From positions 192,001 to 256,000 of the forward strand of contig JAGVWE010000002.1 of NCBI GenBank assembly GCA_018304425.1: DNA of 64,000 bases. The letters run 5' to 3'. Below, in pieces: positions 28,396 to 38,346 of this stretch. A program made the position numbers and the translations under genes. The stretch is from Candidatus Iainarchaeum sp. Lineage in GTDB: Archaea; Iainarchaeota; Iainarchaeia; Iainarchaeales; UBA10219. Every line of letters starts with the position of its first letter. Within the stretch, counting starts at the first letter, position 1. The notes under the pieces are model-generated. The model did no database searches, had not been told where the DNA came from, and was given only the letters and a program-made list of their open reading frames with translations.

Positions 28396-30033
28396 CTACT
28401 CTCTTTGCCTTCGCGTCAACAGGAAGTCCTGGCACCGCTTGGAGACCTCTGCAATGCCGCGCACGCCCTGCCGGGCGAGGCTCGCAAGGAAGGTGGCACG
28501 GTCCGCCAACTCGGCATCCAATTGCTTGCGGTTGAAGGCGCTGAACTTCTCGAGTTCTCGCAGGAAGCTGATGGGCGTGGGCGTGCGCCTGAAAGAATCG
28601 CTCGCGGCATCCCACTCGAAAACGGTTTGCGTGGTGGTTCGGCCTTCGAGGACGCCCAGGACTTCCGCGACTTCCGTGACGCGGCGGATGGTTCCCTTCT
28701 TCTTGTCGTGGATGCGGTGCTCGATTACCACGAAGTCAAGGCCGGAAAGCATGACCTCGGGGACGCTCATGGGCGGGCTCGTGATGCGGACGATGGCTTC
28801 CTTGGGCGAGTTCGCGTGAACCGTTCCCATCGAGCCCCGGTGCCCGGTGTTCATGGCCGTGAACAGGGAAAAGGCTTCCTCGTGCCTCACTTCCCCAACG
28901 ATGATGCGGTCGGGGCGCATGCGCAACGCGTTCTTGGTGAGGATGTCCAAGGCCAGCTCCCCCGTGCCCTCCAAGCCAGGGGGCCTGGCTTCCAAGCGCA
29001 CCCAGTGCATCAGCGGCAGGGCGAGTTCCGCCGTGTCCTCAATCGAGACAATGCGTTCCCGGGCCGGGATGAACGAGGCCAAGACGTTCAAGGTCGTGGT
29101 CTTCCCCGAACCCGTGCCCCCTGCAATCAGGATGTTGGCCGGCTTCACGCCCAGGCCCTCGACGCACAACCAGAAAAAGGCCGCGAGCCCCGCATCCACC
29201 GTGCCCAAGCGAATCAAGTCCACAATAGAGTACGGGTCTTCCCGGAACTTCCGGATGGTCAACGTGGAACCGTCCACGCTGGCCGGGGGAATGGTGGCGT
29301 TGACCCGGCTCCCGTCCGGGAGGCGCGCGTCCAGCAACGGGCTCGAAATGTCCACTCTTCGCCCGACCTGCCGCGCGATTTTGCTGATCAGGTCCTGGAC
29401 TTCGTTGTCATTGTAGAACTCGATGTTGGTCAACATCATCTCGTGGTCGCGGTGGTAGACGTAGACCGGTTTCTGGGGCCCGATGACCATGATTTCTTCG
29501 AGGCGGTCGTCGCGGACCAAGGAATCGATGATGCCGTAGCCCACCATTTCCCGGACAACCGCTTCGGCGTAGAAGCCATAGCGGTGCTCCGGAATCTTCA
29601 GCTCGGGCGAAGCCCGCAGGATTTCCATGACCTTCTGGTAGTAGACGTTGCGGCGTTCTTCCGCGTCCCGGATGCGGTACGGGGAAACGCTGATGAGCCT
29701 CGTCGCGGCCTCCTTGATGGTGTTGATGACGGCTTTCTCGGCTGCGGTGGGACGCGGGACCGGGACCTGGTAGTAAAGCATGGGCTCGCCGGCCACCCGG
29801 TAAACCGTTACCTCGCCATATTTTTCGACCACGGTTTTCTTGGCCTGCTCGAAGGCAGCGGTTGCCACGGGCCTGGCCCTGGCGGCGGCCTCGGCAGTGG
29901 TCCCGACCACAACCGGTTCAGGGCCTGACTCCAAGGGGATGTCGGCTTCCGCCGTCTTCCCCGCCGGTGCCGGCGCATCCCGGGCCCGCTTTTCCTTGGC
30001 CCGCTCAATCATTTCATTCAAGTAGTCAGCCAC
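28396..30033 (-). CDS. CpaF/TadA/VirB11-family pilus assembly ATPase
   Basis: DARLPDGSRV, GGTGSGKTT, IEDTAEL, LRMRPDRIIVGEVR, TGHRGSMGTVHAN; GTG start at 30033 inferred. Confidence 0.95.
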   Translation of the reverse strand: MADYLNEMIERAKEKRARDAPAPAGKTAEADIPLESGPEPVVVGTTAEAAARARPVATAAFEQAKKTVVEKYGEVTVYRVAGEPMLYYQVPVPRPTAAEKAVINTIKEAATRLISVSPYRIRDAEERRNVYYQKVMEILRASPELKIPEHRYGFYAEAVVREMVGYGIIDSLVRDDRLEEIMVIGPQKPVYVYHRDHEMMLTNIEFYNDNEVQDLISKIARQVGRRVDISSPLLDARLPDGSRVNATIPPASVDGSTLTIRKFREDPYSIVDLIRLGTVDAGLAAFFWLCVEGLGVKPANILIAGGTGSGKTTTLNVLASFIPARERIVSIEDTAELALPLMHWVRLEARPPGLEGTGELALDILTKNALRMRPDRIIVGEVRHEEAFSLFTAMNTGHRGSMGTVHANSPKEAIVRITSPPMSVPEVMLSGLDFVVIEHRIHDKKKGTIRRVTEVAEVLGVLEGRTTTQTVFEWDAASDSFRRTPTPISFLRELEKFSAFNRKQLDAELADRATFLASLARQGVRGIAEVSKRCQDFLLTRRQRE

Positions 30034-30133
30034 GCCCAAAACCCCGTGAAATAAGGGATTTAAGTAATTTAAACCCATTGGCGGGAAGGAAAAAAGCGAT
30101 AATCCTATTAAGGGGGAGAAAAGAGATACTACC

Positions 30134-31126
30134 ATGGCCACGGCCTCCGAATTGGTGGCGGCTGGCTTCAGCCCCGAAGCCGCCAAACGGATTCTGGAAA
30201 GACGTCATGCCAGTTTCAAGAGCTTGTCTGCCACGGAACTCGACCACTGGCTGAACCAGGCGGCAAAAACCTATGGCGTGGCGCGTGCCGCCATTGTCCA
30301 TGCATGCGTAGCCTACCCGGAGTTCACCGGCCTCAATCATGAGCGCGTGCTCCGAGACATTGAACAAGCATACGGAGCAGACCGGGAACGAGCGGCAAAG
30401 CTCGTGATGCAAGTGCCGCGGTTCGCCAGCGTGAACCATGCAAAGGCCCGGCAAAAGGTGGAAGAAGGCCTGAAACTTACCCCGGAAAACGCCGCCAAGC
30501 TCGTGCTAAGCTGCCCGGCACTGGCGGGCTTTGATGTAAAAGGAAGGTTAGCCTCCCTAAGACGGGCGCTCGGCGTTACTTTGGAGCAGGCGCTGAAAAT
30601 GGTGCTGACACAGCCGTCCTTGCTGGGACGCAACCCGGAACGGTTGAAGCATCGCATCACCCGATTCGCTGACCTGCTCCAGGTTGACTTCGAAAGCCTC
30701 GTGAAACTTCTTGAGAAAGCCCCCCGGTTGGCGTCCCTTTCCAGCCGACGTCACGTCGCTGCCTGGGAAGCCGCGCGGAACGCCGTGCAGCGCTTGAACG
30801 ATGTGCGTCAAGCGAGAGGCGAAGTGCCCTATGTACCAAGCACCGGCGAGTTACTGGAAATTTACGCCAAATACTACCCGCTGACCCCCTACCCGATTAG
30901 GGGGCTGCGACGAGGAGAGGACTGGATAAAACGCCGCATCGTCCAGGCAGGCCAGGAAAAACGCAGCACCCGCGCACGACGCGCTCGCACGGCTGCATTC
31001 AGGAAAGCGATGCCCAGCAACCGCACGGCACGCATGCTGCGGTTCTTGCACAAGAAGCCAAGCCCTTTCGGGCGCCGCGTCGAAGGAACCCTGAAACGAA
31101 AACTGCGCCTGGCTAGAGCCGCGTAA
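30134..31126 (+). CDS. mTERF-like helical repeat protein with a basic C-terminus
   Basis: Five Pro-anchored units spaced 33,33,33,36 aa (e.g. LGVTLEQALKMVLTQPSLLGRNPERLKHRI). Confidence 0.65.
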   Translation: MATASELVAAGFSPEAAKRILERRHASFKSLSATELDHWLNQAAKTYGVARAAIVHACVAYPEFTGLNHERVLRDIEQAYGADRERAAKLVMQVPRFASVNHAKARQKVEEGLKLTPENAAKLVLSCPALAGFDVKGRLASLRRALGVTLEQALKMVLTQPSLLGRNPERLKHRITRFADLLQVDFESLVKLLEKAPRLASLSSRRHVAAWEAARNAVQRLNDVRQARGEVPYVPSTGELLEIYAKYYPLTPYPIRGLRRGEDWIKRRIVQAGQEKRSTRARRARTAAFRKAMPSNRTARMLRFLHKKPSPFGRRVEGTLKRKLRLARAA

Positions 31127-31523
31127 GCGCGGCCTGCACGATTTCCCGGTGGTCGAAGCCCATCTTGGCGGGCAGCTTCTTGAGCGGGAACCACTTTATC
31201 TCGGAGGCCTCCTCCTTGCAGAGGGTCAGCTTGCCCCCAACGGGGGCGCAGAGGAACGCCACGGCCACGGTTCCCCGCGGGTCGCGTTTCGGGCTCGAGA
31301 AGACGCCGATGAACGACTTGATTTTCACGCGCAGGCCGGTCTCCTCCCGCGACTCCCGGACAACCGCTTGCTCGACGGTTTCACGCTTTTCCACGCGGCC
31401 GCCGGGCACCACCCAGCAGCCGTTCCACGGATAGCGGTTACGGCGCATGAGCAGGACTTTGCCTTGCTTGACAACGACGGCATCGACCGCCACGGTGCGG
31501 TAACGCTCGTTCATTCGCGGCAT
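31113..31523 (-). CDS. NUDIX hydrolase
   Basis: Nudix box GGRVEKRETVEQAVVRESREETGL; RDPR; FDH. Confidence 0.93.
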   Translation of the reverse strand: MPRMNERYRTVAVDAVVVKQGKVLLMRRNRYPWNGCWVVPGGRVEKRETVEQAVVRESREETGLRVKIKSFIGVFSSPKRDPRGTVAVAFLCAPVGGKLTLCKEEASEIKWFPLKKLPAKMGFDHREIVQAALTRL

Positions 31524-31528
31524 GGGAA

Positions 31529-33439
31529 TCAGCTTAGTTTCCGTTCGCGGATTTCGGCCAGAAGCCGATCCAGGAAATGCTGGACTTTCAGGGTCTCCAG
31601 CTTGCCGGCGCGGTCGCGGACCGTGACCGTGCCTTCCTTGGCCTCCTTTTCGCCGACGACGAGGATGTAGGGGATTTTTTCGAGTTGAGCAGCGCGGACC
31701 TTGTAGGGAACCGTTTCATGCTTTCGGTCGACGTCGCATCGGACCATGTTCTGGCGGAACAACTTCATGAGCTTGTCCGCGTCCTTGAAGTAGTCCTGTC
31801 CCACGGGAACAATGCGCACCTGGATGGGCGACAACCAGACCGGGAAGGCTCCCGCAAAGTGCTCGGTGAGCACGCCCAAAAAGCGTTCCACGCTGCCCAA
31901 AATCGTGCGGTGGTTGATGACCGGCCTATGCTCTTTGTCGTCCGAGCCGATGTAGGAGAGGTCAAAGCGTTCCGGCATCTGGAAGTCCAACTGGATGGTG
32001 CCACACTGCCAGGTTCGGCCAATGGCGTCCTTCAAGTGGAGGTCGATTTTGGGGCCGTAGAAGGCGCCATCGCCTGGATTGATTTTGTACGAAACCTTGT
32101 TGTCCTCCAAGGCCTTCTTCAGGGTGGCCTCGGCTTTCTCCCAGAGCTTGGGGTCTCCCATGGACTTCTCGGGCCGCGTGGAGAGCTCCACGTGGTAACT
32201 GAAACCGAAGGTCTTGTACACGCGGTCACACAATTGCAGCAACTCCTGGATGATGTCCTCCATCTGGTCCTCGGTGTGGTAGATGTGGGCGTCGTCTTGC
32301 ACGAACTTCCGCACCCGGAAGAGCCCGTTCAGCACCCCGGAGAGCTCGTGGCGGTGGACGAGGCCGAACTCCGCCAGCTTGAGGGGCAGGTCACGGTAGC
32401 TGCGCCGCTTGGTGCGGTAAATGATGGTGCTGGGCGGGCAGTTCATGGGCTTCAACGCGAAGTCCTCTTCGTCGATTTCCAGGCAATACATGTTCTGCTT
32501 GTAATGCTCCCAGTGCCCGGAGGTCTTCCACAAGGTGTTGCGCAAGACGATGGGCGTGTTCACGAAATCGTAGTTGAGCTGGAACAACTGCTCGGACATG
32601 AACTTGATGAGCTCGTTGTACATGGCCATGCCCTTGCCGTGCATGAACACGCTGCCCGGGCTCTCCGCGTGCATGCTCCACAAGTCGAGTTCCTTGCCGA
32701 GCTTCATGTGGTTGCGTTTCTCGGCTTCCACGCGTACGTGCAGCCACTGCTCGAGTTCCTTTTTCTCGAAGAAACTGATGCCGTAAATGCGTTGGAGGGA
32801 AGCGTTCTTCTGGTCGGCGCGCCAATAGGAACTGGAAGCCTTCAACACCTTGAAGGCGCCGATGCGGCCCGTGCTGGGAAGGTGCGGCCCGCGGCACAAG
32901 TCCACGAAGTGCTCGCCCTGGCTGTAAAACGAAATCTTTTCCCCGGTGGGAAGCTCGTTGATCAACTCGGTCTTGTACTTGTTGCCCTTCTCGCGCTTGA
33001 GGGCCTCGGCCTTGCTGACCTCGACCCGCTTGAAGGGCTGGTCGGCTTTCACGATTTCGGCCATCTTGGCCTCGATTTTCTGGAAGTCCTCGGGCGTGAA
33101 CGGCCGGGGCATGTCGAAGTCATAGTAAAAGCCTTCCTCGATGGTGGGGCCAATGGTTATCTTGACTTCAGGGAACAACGTTTTCACGGCCTCGGCCATG
33201 ACGTGCGCGGTGGAATGCCACAAAAATTCCTTGTAGTCCTTGGACTTGGGAGTGATGACTTCAAAGGCGCCGGAAACCGAAAGCGGCCGGTGCAGGTCGA
33301 GGAGTTCCTGGTCGAGCTTGACGCCGACCGCGGCCTTGGCCAGGCCCTCGCCAATGGACTTGGCTACTTCGAAGCCGGTCGTGCCAGGCTTGAACTTGTG
33401 CTTGGAGGCATCCGGGAAGGTTAACTCAATGCCAGGCAT
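31529..33439 (-). CDS. thrS: Threonyl-tRNA synthetase (bacterial type, with TGS and editing domains)
   Basis: HSTAH, DLCRGPH, KPMNCP, QDDAH, AFYGPKID. Confidence 0.97.
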   Translation of the reverse strand: MPGIELTFPDASKHKFKPGTTGFEVAKSIGEGLAKAAVGVKLDQELLDLHRPLSVSGAFEVITPKSKDYKEFLWHSTAHVMAEAVKTLFPEVKITIGPTIEEGFYYDFDMPRPFTPEDFQKIEAKMAEIVKADQPFKRVEVSKAEALKREKGNKYKTELINELPTGEKISFYSQGEHFVDLCRGPHLPSTGRIGAFKVLKASSSYWRADQKNASLQRIYGISFFEKKELEQWLHVRVEAEKRNHMKLGKELDLWSMHAESPGSVFMHGKGMAMYNELIKFMSEQLFQLNYDFVNTPIVLRNTLWKTSGHWEHYKQNMYCLEIDEEDFALKPMNCPPSTIIYRTKRRSYRDLPLKLAEFGLVHRHELSGVLNGLFRVRKFVQDDAHIYHTEDQMEDIIQELLQLCDRVYKTFGFSYHVELSTRPEKSMGDPKLWEKAEATLKKALEDNKVSYKINPGDGAFYGPKIDLHLKDAIGRTWQCGTIQLDFQMPERFDLSYIGSDDKEHRPVINHRTILGSVERFLGVLTEHFAGAFPVWLSPIQVRIVPVGQDYFKDADKLMKLFRQNMVRCDVDRKHETVPYKVRAAQLEKIPYILVVGEKEAKEGTVTVRDRAGKLETLKVQHFLDRLLAEIRERKLS

Positions 33440-33667
33440 ACGCTATTCCTCCAGTACGAGAGAAGTTAAAAACCGTTGGTAGGGGAAAGGCAACCGGCGG
33501 GCTAAAAAGAACGAGGAAAACGATTTCACCGACGAGTTTCTGAATCCCTTCTATGCATGGAACATATATTGGCGCTGACCTTGCTTAAATTCGTTTCGGG
33601 GCAGCGGATTTGGCACCGGAAACCCGGCCCCCGCAGGCATTTAAACCCTCACCCCCCCTATTCTCGT

Positions 33668-34903
33668 ATGATATCGCCCCAGCTCTGCGTGCGGTGCAAG
33701 GGAAGGCTCTGGTGCGGGCCCAAGTGCTTCATCCTCGAAAAGTTCGAGGCCCACCGGAAAGTCACGCGGAAGCTCGTGGGGAAGTTCTTCCAGGGCAGCA
33801 GCCCGCCCTCGGTGTTCGTGGGCTGGCACGGCTATCCAAAGGTAACCATTGCCCCGGTTTCGCCCCCGGAAATCCTGGACAACGCGGGGTTCATGGACGA
33901 GCCAGACCGGTGGTTTGGGTTGTCCACCGAGAAAATCGTGCAAATGCGTGAGACGCTCATCCAGAGCAAGAAACCCATCGACATCCACCAGGCCGCGAAC
34001 CCGGACTACAAGCTCATGGAAATCCAGGAAGTCGCGATGAGCGCCGAACCCCTCGACATCGAAGTCGAACTCGAGAAGGCACCCGAAGCCCGGCTGTCCT
34101 TCCAGGAAAGCGCGGCCCCCATCGGCATGAGCGCGCCCCTCAAGAAGTTCAAGTTGACCGACAACCCGAAAGTCCTCCCCAAGGTGGAGTACCTGGTGTC
34201 GGACAGCGAGGCCAAGTCGGGCACGGCTTTGCTGGAGTTGTACCGCGCCGGGGTCTCCGTGCACTCGCTGACCAAGCTGTTGTCCGCGGGCCTGCTCGGC
34301 GTGCAAAAGCGGCGTAAATTTGTTCCCACGCGGTGGAGCATAACGGCGGTCGACAGCAACGTCAGCAAGCAATTGGTGGACGAGAAAGTAAAGTTCTATC
34401 CCACCATCGACGAGTACCAATTGTTCCAGTCGCATTACCTGGACAACCACTTCTACGTCCTGCTCTTGCCGGAGAAGTGGTGCTTCGAGCAGTTGGAGAC
34501 CTGGGAGCCGGGCGGGGCCTGGGCGGTTAACGCCTCGGAACCCATCATCATGGCGGACTGGGAGGGCTATCGCGGGAGGAAGGACTATGCGGATGACGTG
34601 GCCGGAGCCTATTACTCGGCGCGTTTGGCGGTTGCCGAGCACCTGGTGAAGGAAAAGCGGCAAGCCGGCTGCATCGTGTTTCGCGAAATCGGGGAGGGGT
34701 ACAGTTTGCCTCTCGGGACCTGGCAGATACGCGAGAACGTCCGCAACGCCTTGAAGTATCCGCCCATGCGGTTCGGCGACTTCGCGTTGGTGCAGGCGTT
34801 CCTGGAAAAGAAGCTCAAGACGTCCTTCAAGGCCTACAAGGCCAAGTCCAAGTTGCTCGACAAGCTCACGAACCAAAGAAAACTCACGGCATGGTTGCAA
34901 TGA
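33668..34903 (+). CDS. nreA: Nre-family archaeal DNA repair protein
   Basis: CVRCKGRLWCG, GSSPPSVFVG, VPTRWSITAVD, C-terminal PIP box QRKLTAWL. Confidence 0.93.
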   Translation: MISPQLCVRCKGRLWCGPKCFILEKFEAHRKVTRKLVGKFFQGSSPPSVFVGWHGYPKVTIAPVSPPEILDNAGFMDEPDRWFGLSTEKIVQMRETLIQSKKPIDIHQAANPDYKLMEIQEVAMSAEPLDIEVELEKAPEARLSFQESAAPIGMSAPLKKFKLTDNPKVLPKVEYLVSDSEAKSGTALLELYRAGVSVHSLTKLLSAGLLGVQKRRKFVPTRWSITAVDSNVSKQLVDEKVKFYPTIDEYQLFQSHYLDNHFYVLLLPEKWCFEQLETWEPGGAWAVNASEPIIMADWEGYRGRKDYADDVAGAYYSARLAVAEHLVKEKRQAGCIVFREIGEGYSLPLGTWQIRENVRNALKYPPMRFGDFALVQAFLEKKLKTSFKAYKAKSKLLDKLTNQRKLTAWLQ

Positions 34904-35313
34904 ACGACGAACAAATCAAGAAGATTCTTGCTGAGAGCAAGGTCATCGCCGTGGTCGGCTGCTCGCGCGACCCCGCGAAGCCCGCGCATTACGTGCCCGC
35001 CTACCTGCAGGCACACGGGTACCGGATTATTCCCGTGAACCCGGGGGCGGACGAAATCCTCGGCGAGAAGGCCGTGAAGTCGTTGGCTGACATCCACGAG
35101 GCCGTTGACCTGGTGGACGTCTTCCGCCCCTCCCCTAACTGCCTGGCCGTGGCGCAGGACGCGTTGAAGATGCCGCACAAGCCGAAAGTCTTTTGGATGC
35201 AGCTCGGCATCCGCAACGAAGCAGCGCGGAAGCTGCTGGAAGCGAACGGGGTCACAGTGGTGGAAGACCGGTGCACGATGGCCGAGCACGCGCGGCTGGT
35301 GCGGCAAGGCTAA
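34900..35313 (+). CDS. CoA-binding protein (YccU-like)
   Basis: IAVVGCS, IIPVNP, VDVFRP, WMQLGI, DRC. Confidence 0.9.
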   Translation: MNDEQIKKILAESKVIAVVGCSRDPAKPAHYVPAYLQAHGYRIIPVNPGADEILGEKAVKSLADIHEAVDLVDVFRPSPNCLAVAQDALKMPHKPKVFWMQLGIRNEAARKLLEANGVTVVEDRCTMAEHARLVRQG

Positions 35314-35341
35314 TAAACCCGGAAGCCAGTAATGGATAGAT

Positions 35342-36046
35342 ATGAGGGAACCCGTTAGTAGGCTGTTAACCGCGAAAGCGACTGGGTTAAGCCCAAAAAG
35401 CTTGCGAAGGGCCGAGAAACGCTTGGAAGAATTTAGGCCAAGGAGAATCGGCCCATATGAGGGGGTTGGAGGCTATCCACTCGATGTCCGCTCTTATCGC
35501 GAGATTTTGGCTGTGCTGCAAAAGCAATTGCATGGCCTTCGCGGCAGGCACATCCTGGAAATCGGGCCCGGCAGCCTCATGTCCCTTTTTGCGCTCAAGC
35601 GCGAGGGCGCGGAAGTGGCGGGGCTCGAAAAATTCATGGATTCCGACCGTGTTCGGGTGGCAGCGCGTGGAAAAATTCCCGTCGAAACCCGTGACCTCGA
35701 AGAGTTGCCGCACGCGTTTGCCGGAAGGCAATTCGATGCCGTTATTTCCCGGCTTATATTCGAGCCAGGCGGAAAAGTCAAACTCTTTGACGACTACAAT
35801 CGGCTTTCAGACCCGCAATGGCAGCAAGCAGCAACCCGCCTTTCAAACTTCGCGAAAGCATTGAACCAAAAAATCAAACCCCGTGGGCTCCTGGTCATGC
35901 AAACCATTAATTCCACGGACATCGTTCCACATCTTGTACCAACCGCTGGATTTGAATTCGTGTACTCGGGATGGCATCCATCCAGGCACCGGGGCCAGGA
36001 AAAGGAAATGCAGTTAATCGTGCTCCGCAAAGTCCGCGACGTCTGA
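35342..36046 (+). CDS. Class I SAM-dependent methyltransferase-like protein with basic leader
   Basis: ILEIGPG, VAGLE, FDAVIS, IKPRGLLV. Confidence 0.75.
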   Translation: MREPVSRLLTAKATGLSPKSLRRAEKRLEEFRPRRIGPYEGVGGYPLDVRSYREILAVLQKQLHGLRGRHILEIGPGSLMSLFALKREGAEVAGLEKFMDSDRVRVAARGKIPVETRDLEELPHAFAGRQFDAVISRLIFEPGGKVKLFDDYNRLSDPQWQQAATRLSNFAKALNQKIKPRGLLVMQTINSTDIVPHLVPTAGFEFVYSGWHPSRHRGQEKEMQLIVLRKVRDV

Positions 36047-36101
36047 GGGGTGAGCGCCCCTCCCCAGCGCGGTTGAATGCGAAGGGGAGGGGCCGAAAGC
36101 T

Positions 36102-36653
36102 TCAAACCGAGAAGCACTCGCAGACCCCGGTCCAGGTGCAAGTCGAGGTGCTCTTGCCCGTGGCCTTGCCGTCCTTGCCATGGTCGTTGGTGCAACCCCA
36201 GGTGCCCGCTGCGTCTCGTTTGAGGGCAGCATAGGGGCATTGGGGGTTCTTGGCGCACAACGCGTCGCAGGCCTTCTGGACGTTGGACTTGGCCGCGGCG
36301 CAGACCGCCTGGAAGGAACCGGCCTTGTCGCAAGTGCTTGCATTGGCCTGGGATGCCCCAGCCGTGACCCGGAACTCCTGCGCGCACTTGGGCACGGCCG
36401 GCGCGACGGGCGGATCCGGGAAATTGACTTGCACGAGGCCGTTGGCCGTGACGACGTAATCGCCGGGTTCGGCGTGCGGCTCCCCGAAGCTCCCCGACTT
36501 GGAGAAGTCGGGTTTTGGCTTCTCCGATTCGGGCGCGGGTTGCACGGGTTCGGGGGCAGCGGGTTGGGGCGGGGGCGGCTGCTTGCCTTCCTGCGCCAGC
36601 GCAAGCCCCACGATTAGGAGCAGCCCGACGGCTAAGATAAGATATCGGTTCAT
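36102..36653 (-). CDS. Secreted Cys-rich protein
   Basis: Signal peptide, Pro-rich linker, 10 Cys in the C-terminal half; GAGGTG RBS. Confidence 0.8.
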   Translation of the reverse strand: MNRYLILAVGLLLIVGLALAQEGKQPPPPQPAAPEPVQPAPESEKPKPDFSKSGSFGEPHAEPGDYVVTANGLVQVNFPDPPVAPAVPKCAQEFRVTAGASQANASTCDKAGSFQAVCAAAKSNVQKACDALCAKNPQCPYAALKRDAAGTWGCTNDHGKDGKATGKSTSTCTWTGVCECFSV

Positions 36654-36850
36654 TCTCGTTCACCTCACGTTGGAATGCTATTTCAAGGAAATTTTCTTTC
36701 CCAGCTACAACACGCGAAGAGGTATTTAAGAGTTGCCAGGAAAACAGGCGGCGGCAGAAAGAAAAAATTCCACCCGGAAAAAATTCGGTTCACGAAACAG
36801 GCAGACGGGAAAACGGGTGGGCGGTTCGGGTTCCGAAAAAAGAAGGCCGG

Positions 36851-37813
36851 CTATTTTTTGTATTTCATGAACTGGGCGAGCAGGGCCTCGAGTTGGATGC
36901 GCTCGCTGGCGCCCTCGACGAGGCGAAAGTTGTATTCGCCGATGACGTCCACCAACGCGATTTTTGTCTTGGAGTCGAGTTCGGCTTCGGGGAAGTCAAT
37001 GAGCTCCCGGTATAACTGGGTGATGACGTCTTCGCCGGCCATACCGTACTCGTATAAGAGGGTGTCCAGCTTCTCGCGGGCTGGCAGGAACTGGCCGGAA
37101 AGCGCGAGCCGGATGAGGTCCTTGATTTCCTCGGGCCGCGCGCGGCTCGAAACCTCGTACACGGTTTTCTCGTCAATCGCTTTTCCCATGGCAGCGGAGG
37201 CCTGCAAGACGTTGATGCTTTTCCGCATGTCGCCTTGCGCGACGTAGATGATGGCCTTCAAGGCCTTGTCATCGACTTCGACTTTCTCTTTTTTGGCGAC
37301 GTCCACCAACCGGGCCTCGATTTCCTTGGCGGCAAGCGGGCGGAAGCGGAAGACCACGCAACGAGACTGGATGGGCTCGATGATGCGGCTGGAATAATTG
37401 CAGGAGAGGATGAACCGCACGGTGCGCGTGTACTTCTCCATGGTGCGGCGCAGCGCCTGCTGGGCGTCGTCCGTGAGGGCATCGCTTTCGTCGAGGAAAA
37501 TTATCTTGAACTGCGCGTTGAAGGCCAGCGTCCTTGCGAAGTCCTTGATGGTCGAGCGCACGACGTCAATCCCGCGCTGGTCACTCGCGTTTAATTCCAA
37601 AAAGTTCTGCTCGAAGCCGGGGCCGAAGAGTTCCCGGGCCATGGCCACCGAGGCAGACGTCTTGCCCACTCCCGCGGGACCGGAAAACATCATGTTGGGC
37701 AGGTTCCGGGTCCTGACATAGGACTCCAAGCGCTTGGTGATGTCGGCCTGGCCAACGACTTCCTTGAGGGCCATCGGCCGGTATTTTTCCACCCACGGCA
37801 AACCCAGTTCCAA
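36851..37813 (-). CDS. rfcS: Replication factor C small subunit
   Basis: PWVEKYRP, GPAGVGKT, ELNASD, LDESD, SRC motif. Confidence 0.97.
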   Translation of the reverse strand: MELGLPWVEKYRPMALKEVVGQADITKRLESYVRTRNLPNMMFSGPAGVGKTSASVAMARELFGPGFEQNFLELNASDQRGIDVVRSTIKDFARTLAFNAQFKIIFLDESDALTDDAQQALRRTMEKYTRTVRFILSCNYSSRIIEPIQSRCVVFRFRPLAAKEIEARLVDVAKKEKVEVDDKALKAIIYVAQGDMRKSINVLQASAAMGKAIDEKTVYEVSSRARPEEIKDLIRLALSGQFLPAREKLDTLLYEYGMAGEDVITQLYRELIDFPEAELDSKTKIALVDVIGEYNFRLVEGASERIQLEALLAQFMKYKK

Positions 37814-37878
37814 GCAAGACCCCTCGCAATAACCCTGGGAGGCAAGGAATTTAAAGCCAATGGAGCCCAATCCATGCC

Positions 37879-38313
37879 ATGAAGGGCCTCACCAACCAGC
37901 GGCTCAAAGTATGGTTCGTGTTCGCGGTGACCTATGCCGCGCTCTACGCGTTGGCGGTGGCCACCCCCCTCCGGGACTGGGAATTCAATGGCAGCCTCTT
38001 CCAAATGGATTGGCTCGCGTTCTTCCTGCCGCTGCCGGCCTTCGGCCTCATGTACCTCTTGACGGGCTGGCTCAACCAGTACTTCGGCGAAAAAACCGGT
38101 CACTCGTACTGGGTGCCCTTGCTCCTGCTCGTGCTCGGCATGCTGGCCTGGTACGTCGTGCTGTTCTGGTACTACAAGAACGTCGCCGACCTCCGGCAAG
38201 TCAAGGAAATCCAATTCGATTTCGCGGCCAAACTCCTGGACTCGCATTACCCGGAATTCCTCGTGGCGGCCTTCGGCGGATGGCTTGCACACGTGATGGT
38301 GGACCGGGAATAA
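37879..38313 (+). CDS. Four-TM membrane protein
   Basis: Hydrophobic segments and high GC3. Confidence 0.75.
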   Translation: MKGLTNQRLKVWFVFAVTYAALYALAVATPLRDWEFNGSLFQMDWLAFFLPLPAFGLMYLLTGWLNQYFGEKTGHSYWVPLLLLVLGMLAWYVVLFWYYKNVADLRQVKEIQFDFAAKLLDSHYPEFLVAAFGGWLAHVMVDRE

Positions 38314-38346
38314 GCCCTTAAATTCCTTTCCACGGGTTAATTAACT

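Noticed and set aside
21075-30033. Archaellum locus
   Set aside because: No ArlH/FlaH or archaellin-length subunits; QxSxE pilins and two TadB/C genes indicate a type IV-like pilus.
31577-33424. 615-aa ORF opposite thrS (likewise 28123-29928 and 52809-55109)
   Set aside because: Antisense open frames expected from high GC3; no recognisable motifs.
31529-33439. Bacterial-type ThrRS as a novelty
   Set aside because: Bacterial-type ThrRS is already known in several archaeal lineages.
33440-33580. T-box or attenuator leader upstream of thrS
   Set aside because: No T-box consensus or Thr-rich leader peptide is visible.
36735-36850. A-rich quasi-repeats after rfcS
   Set aside because: They read as T-tracts on the coding strand, consistent with ordinary termination signals.
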